Of a stretch of DNA of 64,000 nt, positions 25,326-38,899 are shown piece after piece. Source of the stretch: Felis catus (Eukaryota); the NCBI RefSeq assembly GCF_018350175.1, contig NC_058368.1, positions 191,458,001-191,522,000 on the forward strand. The letters are read 5' to 3'. Both the position numbers and the translations under genes were made by a program. The notes beneath the pieces were generated by a model. It saw nothing but the letters and a program-made list of their open reading frames with translations. It ran no database searches and was not told where the DNA came from. Position 1 is the stretch's first letter. Each line of letters starts with the position of its first letter.

Positions 25326-26269
25326 TATAAATTTGAGACTTCAATGCACACACTTGAGAGAAAGATAAATAATTTTGAAACAGGATTCTGTCTGCTGACG
25401 GACTCAGTGAACATATTCCTAGTGTGTGCATGATTTGGAAAACACAAATCTGCTGTCACCTCAGTGGAGTATCTTGCTGTGTAAGTGCTACTCTAGTATT
25501 TAAAGATACAAATTTTCCCTAAAAAATGCCCCTTAGACCAAGGCCAAGTACATTATCTAATTGAAGAAATAGCCACCGGATGCAAAACCGAAGGAAAAAG
25601 TGGCTATGCCCAACACAGGGATGGGCAATTTGCTATTTTCCCAATGGAAACTTCCTCTTTGTTTTTCAAGGTCAACTATGAGCATATGTGTTTTTTGTCT
25701 TATGTGTAGACTTTCTAACATAATCCTCACTTAAGACATAATATCTTTGTACAAACATCTCTCTTCTACCAGACCCGTTCTTGAGGACAGAAGTTGATTA
25801 TTTGAAAACTGGAGGGGGGGAAGCAATAAAGACACAGCTTTCAAGGTGACTACAAAGAACATGGACTCTAGGAAACTGGAAGCTTTTATGGGGAGTTTAT
25901 AAATTTGGAGTCAGTTTGGTAAAAAGATTCATATAACAACTGATCAGACATCATTACAATAAAAGTGTTAGCAGAAGATAAACGATGCCCTGATATCCAT
26001 AATTATTCATTTTTACAGAAGAACAGGCAAGTAGTTTGGAGATTTCTATTTTGTTTTTGTTTTACTTTTATACTTCCCAGAAGGCTGAATTAATGACAAA
26101 CATAATTAGACACTTCTGCCCACTAATTGGAAGACTTTTTGTAATGCTGTGTTAATTTTATTAAAATTCTATGTGTCAGTTTCCATGATTACACAGTTGC
26201 TTCTCTGAACTGATATTACCTAGAACCACTAGATAGCAACAAGCATCCCTTGAAAACAAGCAACTTTGT

Positions 26270-26760
26270 AGTAGTTGGTCATAGTTGGGTTATTAAGAAA
26301 AAACAATCTCAAGCTAGTTTAAACAAAAATAAGTAATTCTCTTGCTCATACAATAAAGTGACTGAAATGGAGGCCCAGCTAGGTGCAGAGGTTCATTATC
26401 TTCAGGCATCTCTCTCTCTTTCTTCACCTGTCTCTCTTCTCTTCTCTATTTTGGCGTCATTTTCAAGTCTACTCTTTCAAAAAGACAGAAGACATTTTCT
26501 CCCAGCAGCCCACACTCATGGATGATAAAATCAGGGAGGCCTTTCCAACAGCATTTCACAAACCCAAAAAAGCATTCCTGTTGGTCTTGGTTGGACCATG
26601 CCCGACTCCATTGCCAGAAAAACTAATGTGTCTAGAAGGATGTGCTACCTGACAGCCCAGAAGGACAGAAATCACACAACCACCTCTGGGTTTTCTTTCT
26701 TCCCCTGGACATTTGGGGAAGAAAGGGTAGTCACATACTCCCAAACCACATCGACTAAAC
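26270..26760 (-). mobile_element. Old MLT1 (J/K/L-like) LTR relic
   Basis: ctcaagctagtttaaacaaaa...ttggtcttggttggaccatgccc pattern; highly diverged. Confidence 0.45.
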
Positions 26761-26799
26761 ATGACTATTATAAAATGACGAAGAGATAGTTCTCCCACA

Positions 26800-27164
26800 G
26801 GACTTATGGAATGAAAAAAAATATCATGCTTTCTGGAAGCTTCAAGATAAACTTTCAGAAGTGACACACTATGAAAAAGTATTTGCAATACACCTGACTG
26901 GCAAATGGTTGATGTCCCTGATAAAGAAAGAGCTTATAAAATAAAAAAGAATGAAACCATCAACATAGAAAAATGAGCAGAGACATGAGCAGAGAATTCA
27001 CAAAAAATCAAATACAAATGGATTTTAAACATTTGAAAAGATGTTGAACCTTGCTCATAAGAAATGTGTGAATTACAACTACACTGAGATGCTGTTTCTC
27101 ACCTATCAAATTAGAAAAAATCCACAAGTTTGAAAGGATATTGGCAAAGTAGTCAGGAAACAGA

Positions 27165-27207
<43 letters not shown>

Positions 27208-28700
27208 ACATATGCAATAGATGTACATACACAGGTGTGTGTATTTAAATATATCTACTAGGGCATGTAGCAAAAAGAATGGAGAGGACAAAAATGGGCA
27301 TTTTGTAGATTTGACTTTTGCATCACATGAATGTTCTGTAATTCTTTTTTTTAATTACAAAACATAATCTTGAAATAGAAAGCTATTTTGATTCTACAGT
27401 TTACATGGAAAGCCAAAAGATCCAGTTCTAACACAATACTGAAGAACAAAATTAGAAGACTGACACAACCCAACTTCAAGAGTTACTTAATGCTACCATA
27501 ATCAAGACAGCACAGTATCGATGCACAAATCAACAGAATATAATAGAAAGCCCAGAAATAGATAACCCACAAATATAGCCAACGGATCTTTGACAGAAGA
27601 GCAAAGAACAAAGATAGTCTTTTCAACAAAAGGTGCTAGAACAACTGGATGTAGTATACAAAACTCTGAATCTACACTCAGACCTTCCACCTTTCACAAA
27701 GAGTTAACTCAAAATGGATCATATCCCCAAATATAAAATGCAATATTTTAAGATTTTTAGAAGAAAACATAGGAGAAACTCTACATGATCTTGGGTTTGG
27801 CAATGAGTTTTTAGATACAACACCCAAAGCATAATCCATGAAAGAAAAGACTGATAACTTAGACTTTATAGCAGTTAAAATCTTCTACTCTGTGAAAGAC
27901 ATTGTTAAAAAAATCAAAGAACAGTTCAAAAGCTTGGAGAAAATATTTGCAAACTACATATGTGATCAATAAAAGGTGGCAAAGGTTGAATAGTTGAAGC
28001 ATAGGGGATTTTTACCATGGTGAATACATTTATCAAAATCCACAAAACTTTACTGCACAGAGAGCAAACCTTAATGTATATAATTTCCAAAACTCATTTA
28101 GGACCTAGGGGGATCCCAGGAAATAATGTATTCTGTGAGGAGAATCTAACTGTATCACAAATACAACTGGGGAGAAGGGAACTTCGGGGGAGGGGAAAAG
28201 TGCTGACTAAAGGTCAAAGGAACTGCAGGTAACACACTGTATTCTAGTTGATAACGTTGTTTCCCAAGAGACTATGGGTTAATTCTGATACAGCTACACA
28301 TGTATACTAGAACAGAACAATTAAGTAAGTGGATGGTGGATGTTAGAAGCCACGTTTCTCACTGTTAACAGTGGAAATTTACAGATAAGCAAGGGGTAGA
28401 GGCTAGAATGATCCACGTGGGAACAGAATTGGAGACACGGGTATAAACTCATATTTAGATTAATATAGGTGCAGATGGTTACATGAAGAAATATTGAGTT
28501 ACATGTATACACAGGTTAGATACATATTTCTATGCTCACTTAGCTGATATCTGAAAGAAACAGCATCTGAGTAACAATGAGCATACCTAGCACCCAGATT
28601 GTGGTTTTTAATATTATTCTCCAATAAAAGGAACCAGAGCTCCTAGGAGAAATGGCTGACCGCAAACTTGAGGCAGGAAATACATGAGCCTAAAGAATCA
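26800..28700 (+). mobile_element. Cluster of old L1M fragments (ORF2 end and L1MC/MD-like 3'UTR)
   Basis: cccaacttcaag...ataatcaagacag...tcttttcaacaaa...aactcaaaatggatc...gaaaatatttgcaaa L1 motifs. Confidence 0.8.
27167..27205. repeat. (CA)n microsatellite
   Basis: Directly visible. Confidence 0.98.
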
Positions 28701-28709
28701 CGTAGCAAC

Positions 28710-28851
28710 GGGCACCTGAGCAGCTCAGTTAAGTGTCTGACTCTGGATTTGATTTCAGCTCAGGTCATGACCTCATAGTTCATGAGTTTGTGCTCCGTAT
28801 CAGGCTCTGTATCAGTTCTCTCTCTCCCTCTCCCCGACCCCAACACTGGCG

Positions 28852-28905
<54 letters not shown>

Positions 28906-28926
28906 ATAAGTAAATAACTTTAAAAA
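28710..28926 (+). mobile_element. CanSINE with (CT)n(CA)n tract
   Basis: gggcacctgagcagctcagttaag head, A-rich tail. Confidence 0.9.
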
Positions 28927-29309
28927 AGACAATTTGCACCTTAGTATTATTGTAAAAACAGTCTAGATCCCATACATCCCTTGAGGGTGCCTCAGAAACC
29001 CCCTGCCATGTGACCCCAGACCACCCTTTGAGAATTGCTGCTCTAGAACTGACAGCCCATTTACAAGATATACGGAGGAACATGTTAAATGACACCATAG
29101 GGAGATTGCCAGCAAAATACAGAATATGGGCAACTACAGGACAAAACAGTTGTAGATAAAATAATGCAACACTCAGGACCTGCTTCAAAAGAATCCAATG
29201 AAATGGAGGAGAGAAGGTCAGGGGGAGCCAAGGCTCGGCCTTGAGGTCACAAATCTCACAACACTATTTTCCTAATTTTTTGTGTTTCTATTTTTTCGTT
29301 TAAAAAAAA

Positions 29310-29312
<3 letters not shown>

Positions 29313-29406
<94 letters not shown>

Positions 29407-29408
29407 AA
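29313..29408. repeat. (GAAA)n tetranucleotide microsatellite, ~24 perfect units
   Basis: Directly visible. Confidence 0.99.
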
Positions 29409-29977
29409 CAAGATGATTTCTCCGGATATGTCCACTGGAACTCGGTGCTCAGTGGGCCAAATGCCTTTTAGAAGTCTCCAAATGCAATTCTAAATGAGAG
29501 CTGAGACAGTTCAACAGCCCACAAAAGAGTCACTAACTCAGAAATGACAATTCAAGGAGACGTAAGATGGTTTTTGCTGATTTCTGCATAAGGAAAGCGG
29601 GCTGAATTACATTCACTTTGCTTTTATCCTGATGGTTTTTATGACAACAGGCACTCTAAGCATTTCTGCTCTATACCACAGTCCAGGAGGTGTGACCTGG
29701 GGTGGGGGGGGGGCGGCTGTGAGGATGGGGGGTGCACGGAGAGAAGAAGAACTATGAATGCCATGACTAGGTCTCTCCTTGTGTAAATTGTGGGAAGCAC
29801 TGGATTATGAGAACATTTTACGATGCCCCTACCAAACCAAAAATTATATATTTGAAAAGTTTATGGAACGAAAACTACCACAATGTTTTAATCAAGTGAC
29901 AGATTAGAAAACTATTAAAATATATGTAACCAATGGTTAATACTCATCCTATAGAATGCATTTATCATCACATTAAG

Positions 29978-30342
29978 TGCTATGGACTGAACTGTGTCTC
30001 CCCAAAATTCATATATTGAAGGCCTAATACACAATGTGACTGTATTTGGAGATAGGGCCTATAAAGAGGTAATAAAAGTTACATGGGGTCTTAAGGGTGG
30101 GGTCTTGATCCAGTAGGATTGGTGTCCTTAAAAGAAGAGACACCGGAGAACTCCCCCTCCATGTGCACTCAAGAAAGGCCAAGTGACTATGTGCAAGTCT
30201 GCAAGAGGGATCTCACCAGAAATCGGACCCTGCTGCACCTTGATCTGGCTTCCAGCCTCCAGAACTGTGAGAGATAAACTCCTGTGGTTTTAACCACAAG
30301 AAATACAGGATTTTTTTATGGCCACCAGAGTAGGCTAATACA
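29978..30342 (+). mobile_element. MLT1A/B-like MaLR solo LTR
   Basis: tgctatggactgaa...ttccagcctccagaactgtgaga...ctaataca; flanks ttaag/ctaag. Confidence 0.9.
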
Positions 30343-31399
30343 CTAAGAGACACTATGCAACAATTAAAATATGTGCAGGATATATCACTAAAGGAAAAGA
30401 AAAGAGCACATCACAGACTATGTGAAGTATGATCCCATTTACGTAAAGGACCAACAGAAAGGAAACGGTAAAACAACTATGCAGGTGTGCATATGTGTCT
30501 TTTGGGGGTCTGGGTGATTCTGCGACCAGTGAATGAGTACACTTTCCCCCAAACTCCTTTTTGCACTGTAACCCCACTTCGGGTACTCCGTCGCTTGTTA
30601 AGATAAAGATGTCACTGCAGAACTGCAGATAGAAAAAGACATCCAACTCCTGACATTTCAGTTTTTAAAAGCTGAGATCCATGTGTACAACACTTGCAAC
30701 ACCATTTTTTTGTTTGTTTCCTATCCTAGAAGACGTGGGTGGGCGGAATACCTCTCCCTGGTTAGTAGAAGGGAGAGATAATTCTGTTCTCTCCCCCAAG
30801 GTTAGCTTCAAGGGTATGGGAGAAACAGAACCTTCTGCTATATACAGGGTTTCACAGCAGAGATGCCTGCTGCCTGTTTTCCCTGGGGCAAGCACTTGCA
30901 AAGGGGGCTCTCACTCACTCAGGAAAGATGCCTGGGATGCTTGTACAGAGAAGGGGGATGTGAAAGGTAAAGGAAGCCCCACCTCGCTCCCTGTATCTTG
31001 AAGAACTGTTCCTCATCAGCACAGAAGAAAGTCTATACGCCTGAAGAGCTCTTATACAGACCAGAAGGTAGTGACATACACAGTGCAGCCAAGGACCAAA
31101 TAGGAATGCCAATACCTTACTGGGTGCTCAGGGAACCGGGAACCAGGAACCAGGGAGGACAATACATGCCGCAGAAAATTCTAAGGTGAACATACCCCAT
31201 AGAGTCCAGCTGTTTTTTCACTCCAGAAGCCATGACCCTCCTTAAGTGCCCAGCATTAAGATAAGCCATGGGGGAAAAGGACAGGCAAACAGAACTATCA
31301 GGACTTAAACTTTCAAGAAGAGTCTTGCTAGGATTGGCTAGAATCCTACTGTCTGTCACTAGGTAAAATGGGAAATCAAAATAGTACCTGTAAAGAAAA

Positions 31400-31401
<2 letters not shown>

Positions 31402-31432
<31 letters not shown>
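31402..31432. repeat. (TG)n microsatellite
   Basis: Directly visible. Confidence 0.98.
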
Positions 31433-31435
<3 letters not shown>

Positions 31436-32020
31436 AACATAAAAGTGACTAGAAACTGTGGTTCTCTGGGGGTCAGAATAGAGTTTGGAGAACACGTGAA
31501 GGAAGAGAATCTCGCTTTTCATGCCATTTGTACTTGTAGAAATTATTTCCGTTTTTCACATAGAGCACGTTAGTCCTGTGATAAAGGTTTCTGGTTTGTC
31601 AGAAACAATGACGGAAGCCAAAGGTTCTCACAAACAGTTCCGTGGACAACCGGCAGGGCATCTTCCCTCATGGGTTCACCGTGTGACACTGTGGCTTCAT
31701 TGTAAACATGGTGTCAGACACGAGGAAAAGGGAGACCTGGGTGACCGTTCACATCACAAGGAAGAAAAGGTGTAACTGCGTAAAAACATTAAAGAAATGT
31801 CAAAAGGACTTGGCAAGAGCTATCTGGGGTGCATCACATGTCACAGCACTGCCTTTCTAGGAATCATCTAAAGACGGAGTTTTCATGAAAACAGAAAATA
31901 TAGTAAAAAGGAAAACCCCAGAGTGCCACTGTAGCCAAAGTCTACAAAAGACCATCTCCTAAATTGCAGTATCATCTGTATCCGCACCACACAATTCGTC
32001 GTATTTCAACCATCATATGC

Positions 32021-32065
32021 TTTTTTATCCTTTTTATTTACTTTTTTAATAAATGTTTATTCGTT

Positions 32066-32120
<55 letters not shown>

Positions 32121-32281
32121 AAGAGCAGGAGAGTGGCAGAGAGAGGAGGATCCCTGAGGGATTCCAAGCCGGCTCTGCACTGAGAGCAGTGAGCCCGATG
32201 CAGGGCTTGAATTTACACACCATGAAATCATGACCTGAACTGAAGTCAGATGCTCAAGCGACTGAGCCACCCAGGTGCCCC
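32021..32281 (-). mobile_element. CanSINE with long (GA)n
   Basis: Minus-strand SINE ending ctgagccacccaggtgcccc. Confidence 0.95.
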
Positions 32282-32394
32282 TTTTTATTTTTTATCAATA
32301 CATATAGACAGCCACACTTCTAGAAATTCCATAAAGCTGTGACCATTCATTACTGTAAATTCAGTGTTTGCATGTAGTACAGACCTCAGAAACA

Positions 32395-32750
32395 CGTATT
32401 TCAAATCAACAAATGCTTGTTGGGCACTATGCTGTGCCGTCTATTGGTGCCCAAGGTGCAGAGATGAATACAACCCAGCTCCGGCCATGGGGCATTTACA
32501 GTCTTAGAGGAGAGACAAATACATAAACAGCTAATAATCATATAAGGCAAAATGAAGCAAGTGCCACTCATAATTACAAGAAAGTAGCTGGGGTGGGTGG
32601 TACATGAGTATGAGTATCGAATTCTACACGGGTGTTTGGGCTGGCTGTCAGAGAACGGTGAGGGTATAGCAGGCAGAGAAGGGGCAAGGGCAGTCAAGGC
32701 TAAGAGAACAGCGTGAACGAAAGTGAGGAAGCATGAAAGAAAGGCTGAGG
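32395..32750 (-). mobile_element. L2 3' fragment
   Basis: tcaacaaatgcttgttgggcactatgctgtgcc...ggggcatttacagtct. Confidence 0.7.
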
Positions 32751-33365
32751 TCCTTCCACATCTCAGCACCAGATCTCTAAGAAAATGCATTCTCTACACT
32801 CTTCATTGAGGTTATTAATCATGTGCATTCCATATTCACTTTCCTCCTGTAGCCAGAGGCCAAGTAGGCAGACCTAGCCTAAATTTATTAGAAAGAGAAA
32901 GTAAAGTAGAAATGCGTTCAGCACACATGGGTTCCTTGAAAGGTAGAGGTACTCATACATCATGCAGAGGCAACGTGGGAGGCTCTTAAACATGGCTCTG
33001 CGAGACTCACTGTGGTTTCCCCAGTGAACCTGAAAAGTGCCGAAACATAGCGTGTAACAAGACTGGAGCTTGCAAAATGAGCAGGTAGACATTTTCCCCC
33101 TTGGTTAAAAATTCTTCAAATTGGGCTCCAGCTGAACATAAATCATAATTTCAAGTAGCCAGCTGTGATGCATTTAGAACAATTCTTTTGATGTCTTCAT
33201 CCGTTGGGGTCCATCATAGCTTGTGGAGTAGCAGCGCCCTCTATTGGAAAGGAGGTCTCCTGAATGCCCAGGATTACCAGAAAAACCTCTCCAATTTGCA
33301 AATAAAAAGGGAGAGTTGCTCCATTGGATTCATCAAACCATTCACCAGTGAAGAGATTTCCTTAC

Positions 33366-33405
33366 CCATTGTATTTGATATTACAAACACAAAATCTGTT
33401 TCTTT
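33366..33405 (-). other. Weak candidate small exon (40 nt) ending in ACAATGG
   Basis: Acceptor cacttatttctgtag|AAAGAA, donor CAATGG|gtaagg. The ATG has A at -3 and G at +4 and is in frame with the 11989-12071 exon if spliced to it. Confidence 0.25.
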
Positions 33406-33595
33406 CTACAGAAATAAGTGTTACATAATGGTTATTTCTTTATATTAACTATTAAATTTTAGTTCAGTGCCTTGTGACTTTCTTAAAAACTGGTATACAT
33501 GCTCACCCACAAAATGTATATATAATTCCTACAAAGTACGTAAAAGAGAAAACTAAGTACTGTAAGCATAAAAAATAGTCTCATTGAAATTTTCA

Positions 33596-33800
33596 GGGGC
33601 ACCGCACTGGCTCAGTCAGTTGAGCATCTGACCCTTGATTTCGGCTCAGGTCACGATCGCAGGGTCATGGGAATGGTCCCCGCATCAGCTCCGTGCTGAG
33701 TGTGGAGACTGTTTAAGATTCTCTCTCCCTCTCTTTTTCTTTCTCCTGCTGCCCCTCTTGCACATGCTCCCTCTCACTAAAACAACTAATGAAATAAAAT
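33596..33800 (+). mobile_element. CanSINE (older subfamily)
   Basis: ggggcaccgcactggctcagtc head, CT-rich tract. Confidence 0.9.
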
Positions 33801-33851
33801 ATATTTTTCAATGTTAACAAAAATAATGTATTTTAAAAATCTACAGTTCGT

Positions 33852-34006
33852 GGAGTACCTGGGTGGCTCCATTGGCTGGGTGTCCAACTCCAGCTCAGGT
33901 CATGATCTCTCAGCTTGTGAGTTTGAGCCCTGCATCAGGCTCAGAGCTTGGAGCCTGCTTTGGATTCTGTGTCTGCCTTTCTCTCTGCCCTGCCTGCTCA
34001 CACTCT

Positions 34007-34054
<48 letters not shown>

Positions 34055-34090
34055 AAAAATAAATAAACGTTAGAAAGATATTTAAAAAAA
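33852..34090 (+). mobile_element. CanSINE with TSD
   Basis: TSD taaaaatctacagttcg (33834-33850) / taaaaatctacggttcg (34091-34107). Confidence 0.95.
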
Positions 34091-35699
34091 TAAAAATCTA
34101 CGGTTCGATATACACCAAAACATCATTGCTATTGTGTTTCATTCACCTATTCAACAACATTTTTCGTAAGTCTGTTACATCTTCAACCTGTGATTTACAA
34201 AATAAATACAGCATCATCATGGATCTCAATAAGGGGAGAAGAGTAAGTCAGCCAACACTTACAAAACAATGTGCCCAGTACTACAGGGGCAGTATGCAGG
34301 GGTGCAGAACAGAGCCTATACTCAATCCTCGAGATAGATGTTCATATACAGAAAGGTGGTAATGCTCGGATTGTATTCTGAAGACTAGCTAGGAATCAAC
34401 CATGCAGGAGACCAGAGAAAACAGTTTCCCAGAAATAGGTAAGAAGAGGTACAAAGGCACAGAGACATAAAAATGCCTGGGGTATTAAGGGACTACCAGG
34501 TTCATAACTATTACAGAGATACGGGGTGCTACCCTATGGGGCATGTTGAGAGATAAGGCTCAGAGTAGGGGGTGGATCTCGAATCTCAGGAGCTGAAAGG
34601 ATATTACAGGTCATCTGCGTCTAGATTCCAGAGCACTTTCAGGAACCCAACACTGACCACCCACACAGCTTTCCCGGCTCTCATTTTGCACCCTGTGGTC
34701 TCTCGGTATACACTTAATCCCCCTCTCGCTCGTGGAACTAAAATCAGTTCAACTTTTTTGAGATGAAACGCGAAGTCCTGAAGAATTGGCTAGATATTAA
34801 ATTTTCACGAATAAATATAATCAGAGCTGAGCTGAGGGTGAGCTAGAATATCCAGGGTTGATGTGGCCCCCTTTGCAGCATCTGTGAGCCACAGTAAATA
34901 ACCAAGTCTCTGAATTTATTCTGACTCTGAAGAAGACGCCTCCAACAGCAGGGCCCTTCATGGCTTTTGTAAACGCCACAAGACTTCTGAGCGCAACTGA
35001 AAAGGAACAGCTCTCTCTAATCCCCAAGATCATTGCCTAAAGCTCCTTGTGTACTTCCCTCGAGAACCTCCGTTCTCCTCATCAGACCGAGCACTGCTGA
35101 TATCTAATCTCCCCATAGACTCCGTGGAAGCAATTACTAAGTGCGGTCATGATTCTACTGATCAGGCAGGTTTGCAGTACAAGGAAACAAAATCAACCAT
35201 GTTAATTTCAGCTGAGCAAGAGAGGAGTGGGGGGGGGGGTGGGGGGGAACACTGGTACTTGCCAAATAGAGAAATCGTTGCTCCTCAGAGAAAGCAATTC
35301 AATTTGCAAGCTCTAATTGTAAGCTGAAATTAAAAATAATGGAAGGCACAAAACAATTGCATACAAAAGTCCAGGTAATGTCAGTGAAAAAAGAAAGCAT
35401 CCTTCAAAAAGCAAGGGCACTTCTCAACCTGCTTTCTCCTATAAATCTGACAATGGTTTCTACATTTGCCACTACTTAATCAGCAAGAGGTTAAAGCAGG
35501 CAATGCAATTAAACTTGGGAGTGAAACAGAGGCAGAACTCCCTCATTCATATTGTGTACACCATCCAAGATAAAATGAACTAGGAGGGGGAAGTAAGGGG
35601 GAAAGAAGGGGTACCCAGAAGAGGCAGTCAATAGGAACAAAAATCAAAGCCACAAGAGCCAGTGAAAGCGTTAAGAGTCTTACAAGAGCACAAGAGGCT

Positions 35700-35920
35700 G
35701 TTCATCTCAGTGGCTTAAGAGCTAAAGACCCAGGCTTGCGAATCAGACCTGAAGTCAAATACCAGCTCTCCCATTTCTAGCTGACTGACCTCAGGGAAAT
35801 TATTTAAGCACCAAAAGGTTCAATTTCCCCACCTGTGCCACCCTCCAGGCTTATTCAAAGACTAAATCAGACACAAGGAGCATATGGCCTTCAAAGAGTG
35901 TCTCACATATAACAAGCATT
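35700..35920 (+). mobile_element. MIR
   Basis: tcagacctg...caaataccagctctcccatttctagctg...gacctcagggaaattatttaa core. Confidence 0.7.
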
Positions 35921-36433
35921 CAGTGAGCTTAAGCTTGAAAGAAGAAAGCCTAGCATACACCAAACTAGCAATAATTGTTTGCTGGGGAAAGTCATAAAGA
36001 AGCAAGAAGAGAAACTGAATTCTTTTGTGTTTGAAAAAAAGGATAGCCAATAACACGATAGGAAGATGGTAATAATAGACTGAAGTAACGACATGGCCCC
36101 AAAGAAAGTCGCAATGCTTCCCCACCTTCACAAGAGTTACACCATGAGAATGGCCCATTTTAATTTTATGCCAATAATGCCTCGATTTGCTGATGAATTA
36201 TATGCTATTTATTTCTTAATCATAAGCTTTTTTAGAGTGGGAGAAGTCTTTAAAAACTGAATAATCAGTGCAGTGTTTATCGTATATCAACAATACCTCA
36301 ACAAAGTTATTTTAAAAAAATAAGGACTTTTTTTTTAATCTATGAAAGACTTGCAGCCAGAGAAGTTATAATGATTTTGAGTAAAGTCCTATTACCAGAA
36401 TAGCTGAGGACACTGGTTAAGTTCATGGGCTCT

Positions 36434-36811
36434 AGTTATGGAGTGAATTGGGTCCCCACTGCCACCAAAATTCATATATCGAAGCCTTAATCCCCTATGT
36501 GACTGTATTTGGAAATGGGGCCTTTAAGAAGGTAATTAAGATTAAACAGGGTCATAGCAGTGGCACCCTAATCTAATAGGGTTGGTGTCCTTATGAGAGG
36601 AAGAGAGACAGAGCGCACGTGCACACAGAAAAGGCCACGTGAGGACAGAGTGAGAAGGTGTCCATCTGCAATCAAGGAGAGAGGCCACGGGAGAAACTCA
36701 CCACTTCACCTTGCTCCTGGTTCCTCCCGAACTGTAAGAAAATAAATTTCTGTTGTCGCAGTGACCCAGTCTCCAGTATTTCGTGTTATGACAGTCCTGG
36801 CAGATTAATAT
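36434..36811 (+). mobile_element. MLT1A/B-like MaLR solo LTR within a MIR
   Basis: aaaattcatatatcgaagcc...ggccacgtgaggaca...gaactgtaagaaaataaatttctgttg. Confidence 0.88.
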
Positions 36812-37612
36812 ACTACAATCCCTGGCTGACAAAAGTGGGTCTAAACTCAGTCTCAACCGCTTGCTAATGGAGTCACTTGGGGCAAAATATGAAGCCACTC
36901 CAGGCCTCCCATTCCCTCATCTGTGAAGAGAGATGATGTCACCGTCCAGTATACATCATTATTTTGGCTACTTGGAGAATTCAGTGAGAGAACGCATTTA
37001 AAGATCTTAGCAACAATGTCAGGCATGTAGAAGCCCTTGATAAGTATTAACCTGAATTATGATTCTTGTGATTCAGAATCACTAATACAACATAAGTTTC
37101 CAATCCAGGGCTCTTCTCACTCACTCATCTACTACTTTTGCATGAAATTTTACCCCTAAGATTATGTGCCATCCACATTTTTTCCTAAACCAAGACAGTT
37201 TAAAAAAAAAAAAAAAAGGGGAAATGATGATAAATGACAAGGTAAATAAATTGCTACTTTGGCTTCTAAATCTCCTATTCAATTTCCTCCATAGTGGCCT
37301 CCCAAACTGGCTGAGTTAGCTTTCCAAAACCAGGTGTCTTTATTTTGCTTGTTAGCAGCCTCCTTTGAGGCCCAAGAATGTGTATAGTCTCCCTGCTCTC
37401 TTCTCATTTATTATTCCCTGGAAACACAGACAGCCATCACACTCTGAAATGTGTCTGGGGGGAGATCCCTTGTAAGGGCTTTGGGATGAGAAAAGTCTAG
37501 TGCAATTTAGGGAAATCAGACATCAGCTATTGACAAGACATTATTAGGGAGAATAATGCCTATAGCCAGTTTCAGGGGGGAGAAAAGCTATTTTAAAACT
37601 TCATGCATTTTC

Positions 37613-37835
37613 GGGGCGCCTGGGTGGCACAGTCGGTTAAGCGTCCGACTTCAGCCAGGTCACGATCTCGCGGTCGGTGAGTTCGAGCCCCGCGTCAGGC
37701 TCTGGGCTGATGGCTCAGAGCCTGGAGCCTGTTTCCGATTCTGTGTCTCCCTCTCTCTCTGCCCCTCCCCCGTTCATGCTCTGTCTCTCTCTGTCCCAAA
37801 AATAAATAAACGTTGAAAAAAAAATTAAAAAAAAA
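37613..37835 (+). mobile_element. Very young SINEC_Fc-type SINE with perfect 18-bp TSD
   Basis: TSD aaaacttcatgcattttc (37595-37612 and 37836-37853); CpGs largely intact. Confidence 0.99.
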
Positions 37836-38899
37836 AAAACTTCATGCATTTTCAAAAAATTTGACCCCCTTGAACAAAGAGCAATGGTGGGGGGCGGGGC
37901 CTTTTGCTAGGCTACAGGCTCAGAGGCACACGAATGCCAAAGGAATACACTGCATTACCTAAATGTTTACTGCCAGTGCTAAGGAAGGATATGGTCATCC
38001 ACCCCTAGTACCAGGGGATTATCATCTCCTTTGACCAGTTCAGAGACTTCTTTCGCCTCTAAATTACATTGAAAGAGAGTGAAAAATGACTTGATCATTC
38101 CCCTCAAGTGGCATTTCAAAAATCGCGGCCAGGTCTTCCAGCTTTCCACTGGAGACAGAACTAAAAAACAAACAAACAAACAAAAAAAAAAAACAAAAAC
38201 AAAAATACAATCTGTACTGACTACAAGAAGCACTTCCTGTAGGGAGAGTTCTTTAACACCAGAAGAGGCTGGGGTGGAGAAAGGATGGGGTGGTGGGTGA
38301 CGAGGGTGAGGGGTTGTTCATCAGATTCACTTGGTTTAGAGATGACATCAAAACGTTTTCCATATGCATCTACCATAGACAATCTCTTGTAGAAAACTCA
38401 CAAGTATCTTCTTTACGGAGATATTGCTTTGGTTTATTTCAAAAATTTACATGTCAAGCACTTCAGTTCATATTCATTTTCTCATTTAATCTCTACAGCC
38501 AATGAGGTAGAACGTGAAGTATAACAGAAAGAATGGATGTTGAGTCAAACTGCTCTGGGTTGTATTCCAGATTTATCTCCACCAGCTAACCTCACTCTTC
38601 TCATCTAAATGAGAATAACACACCCCTTGCAGAACAGACCATTCTGTATGTACGTTTCCTGACAAGTACCAGAATCCAATATGTAGATAGACGTTACTAC
38701 CATTATTTTCATGACCATAGGGTAGACCTAGAAACAGGCACAGAGAAATAAAGCGGCCTTCATGAGGTCACAATATCAATAAAGTGATGAATCCAGATAT
38801 GGCAGGAGTGGGTAAGTGCTAAGTGTCTATTACTCATTAACCAGTCTCTCTCAGTAACATGTTACTAAAAATTATTCAGAGAGGCAATCTGCACAGCTG

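Noticed and set aside
25731..25808. Minus-strand exon-like segment (ctttattgcttcccccccctccag| ... TAA|gtgagg)
   Set aside because: Good acceptor, but stops in all three frames and only a moderate donor. Cannot be distinguished from a pseudo-exon without transcript data; could be a UTR or poison exon.
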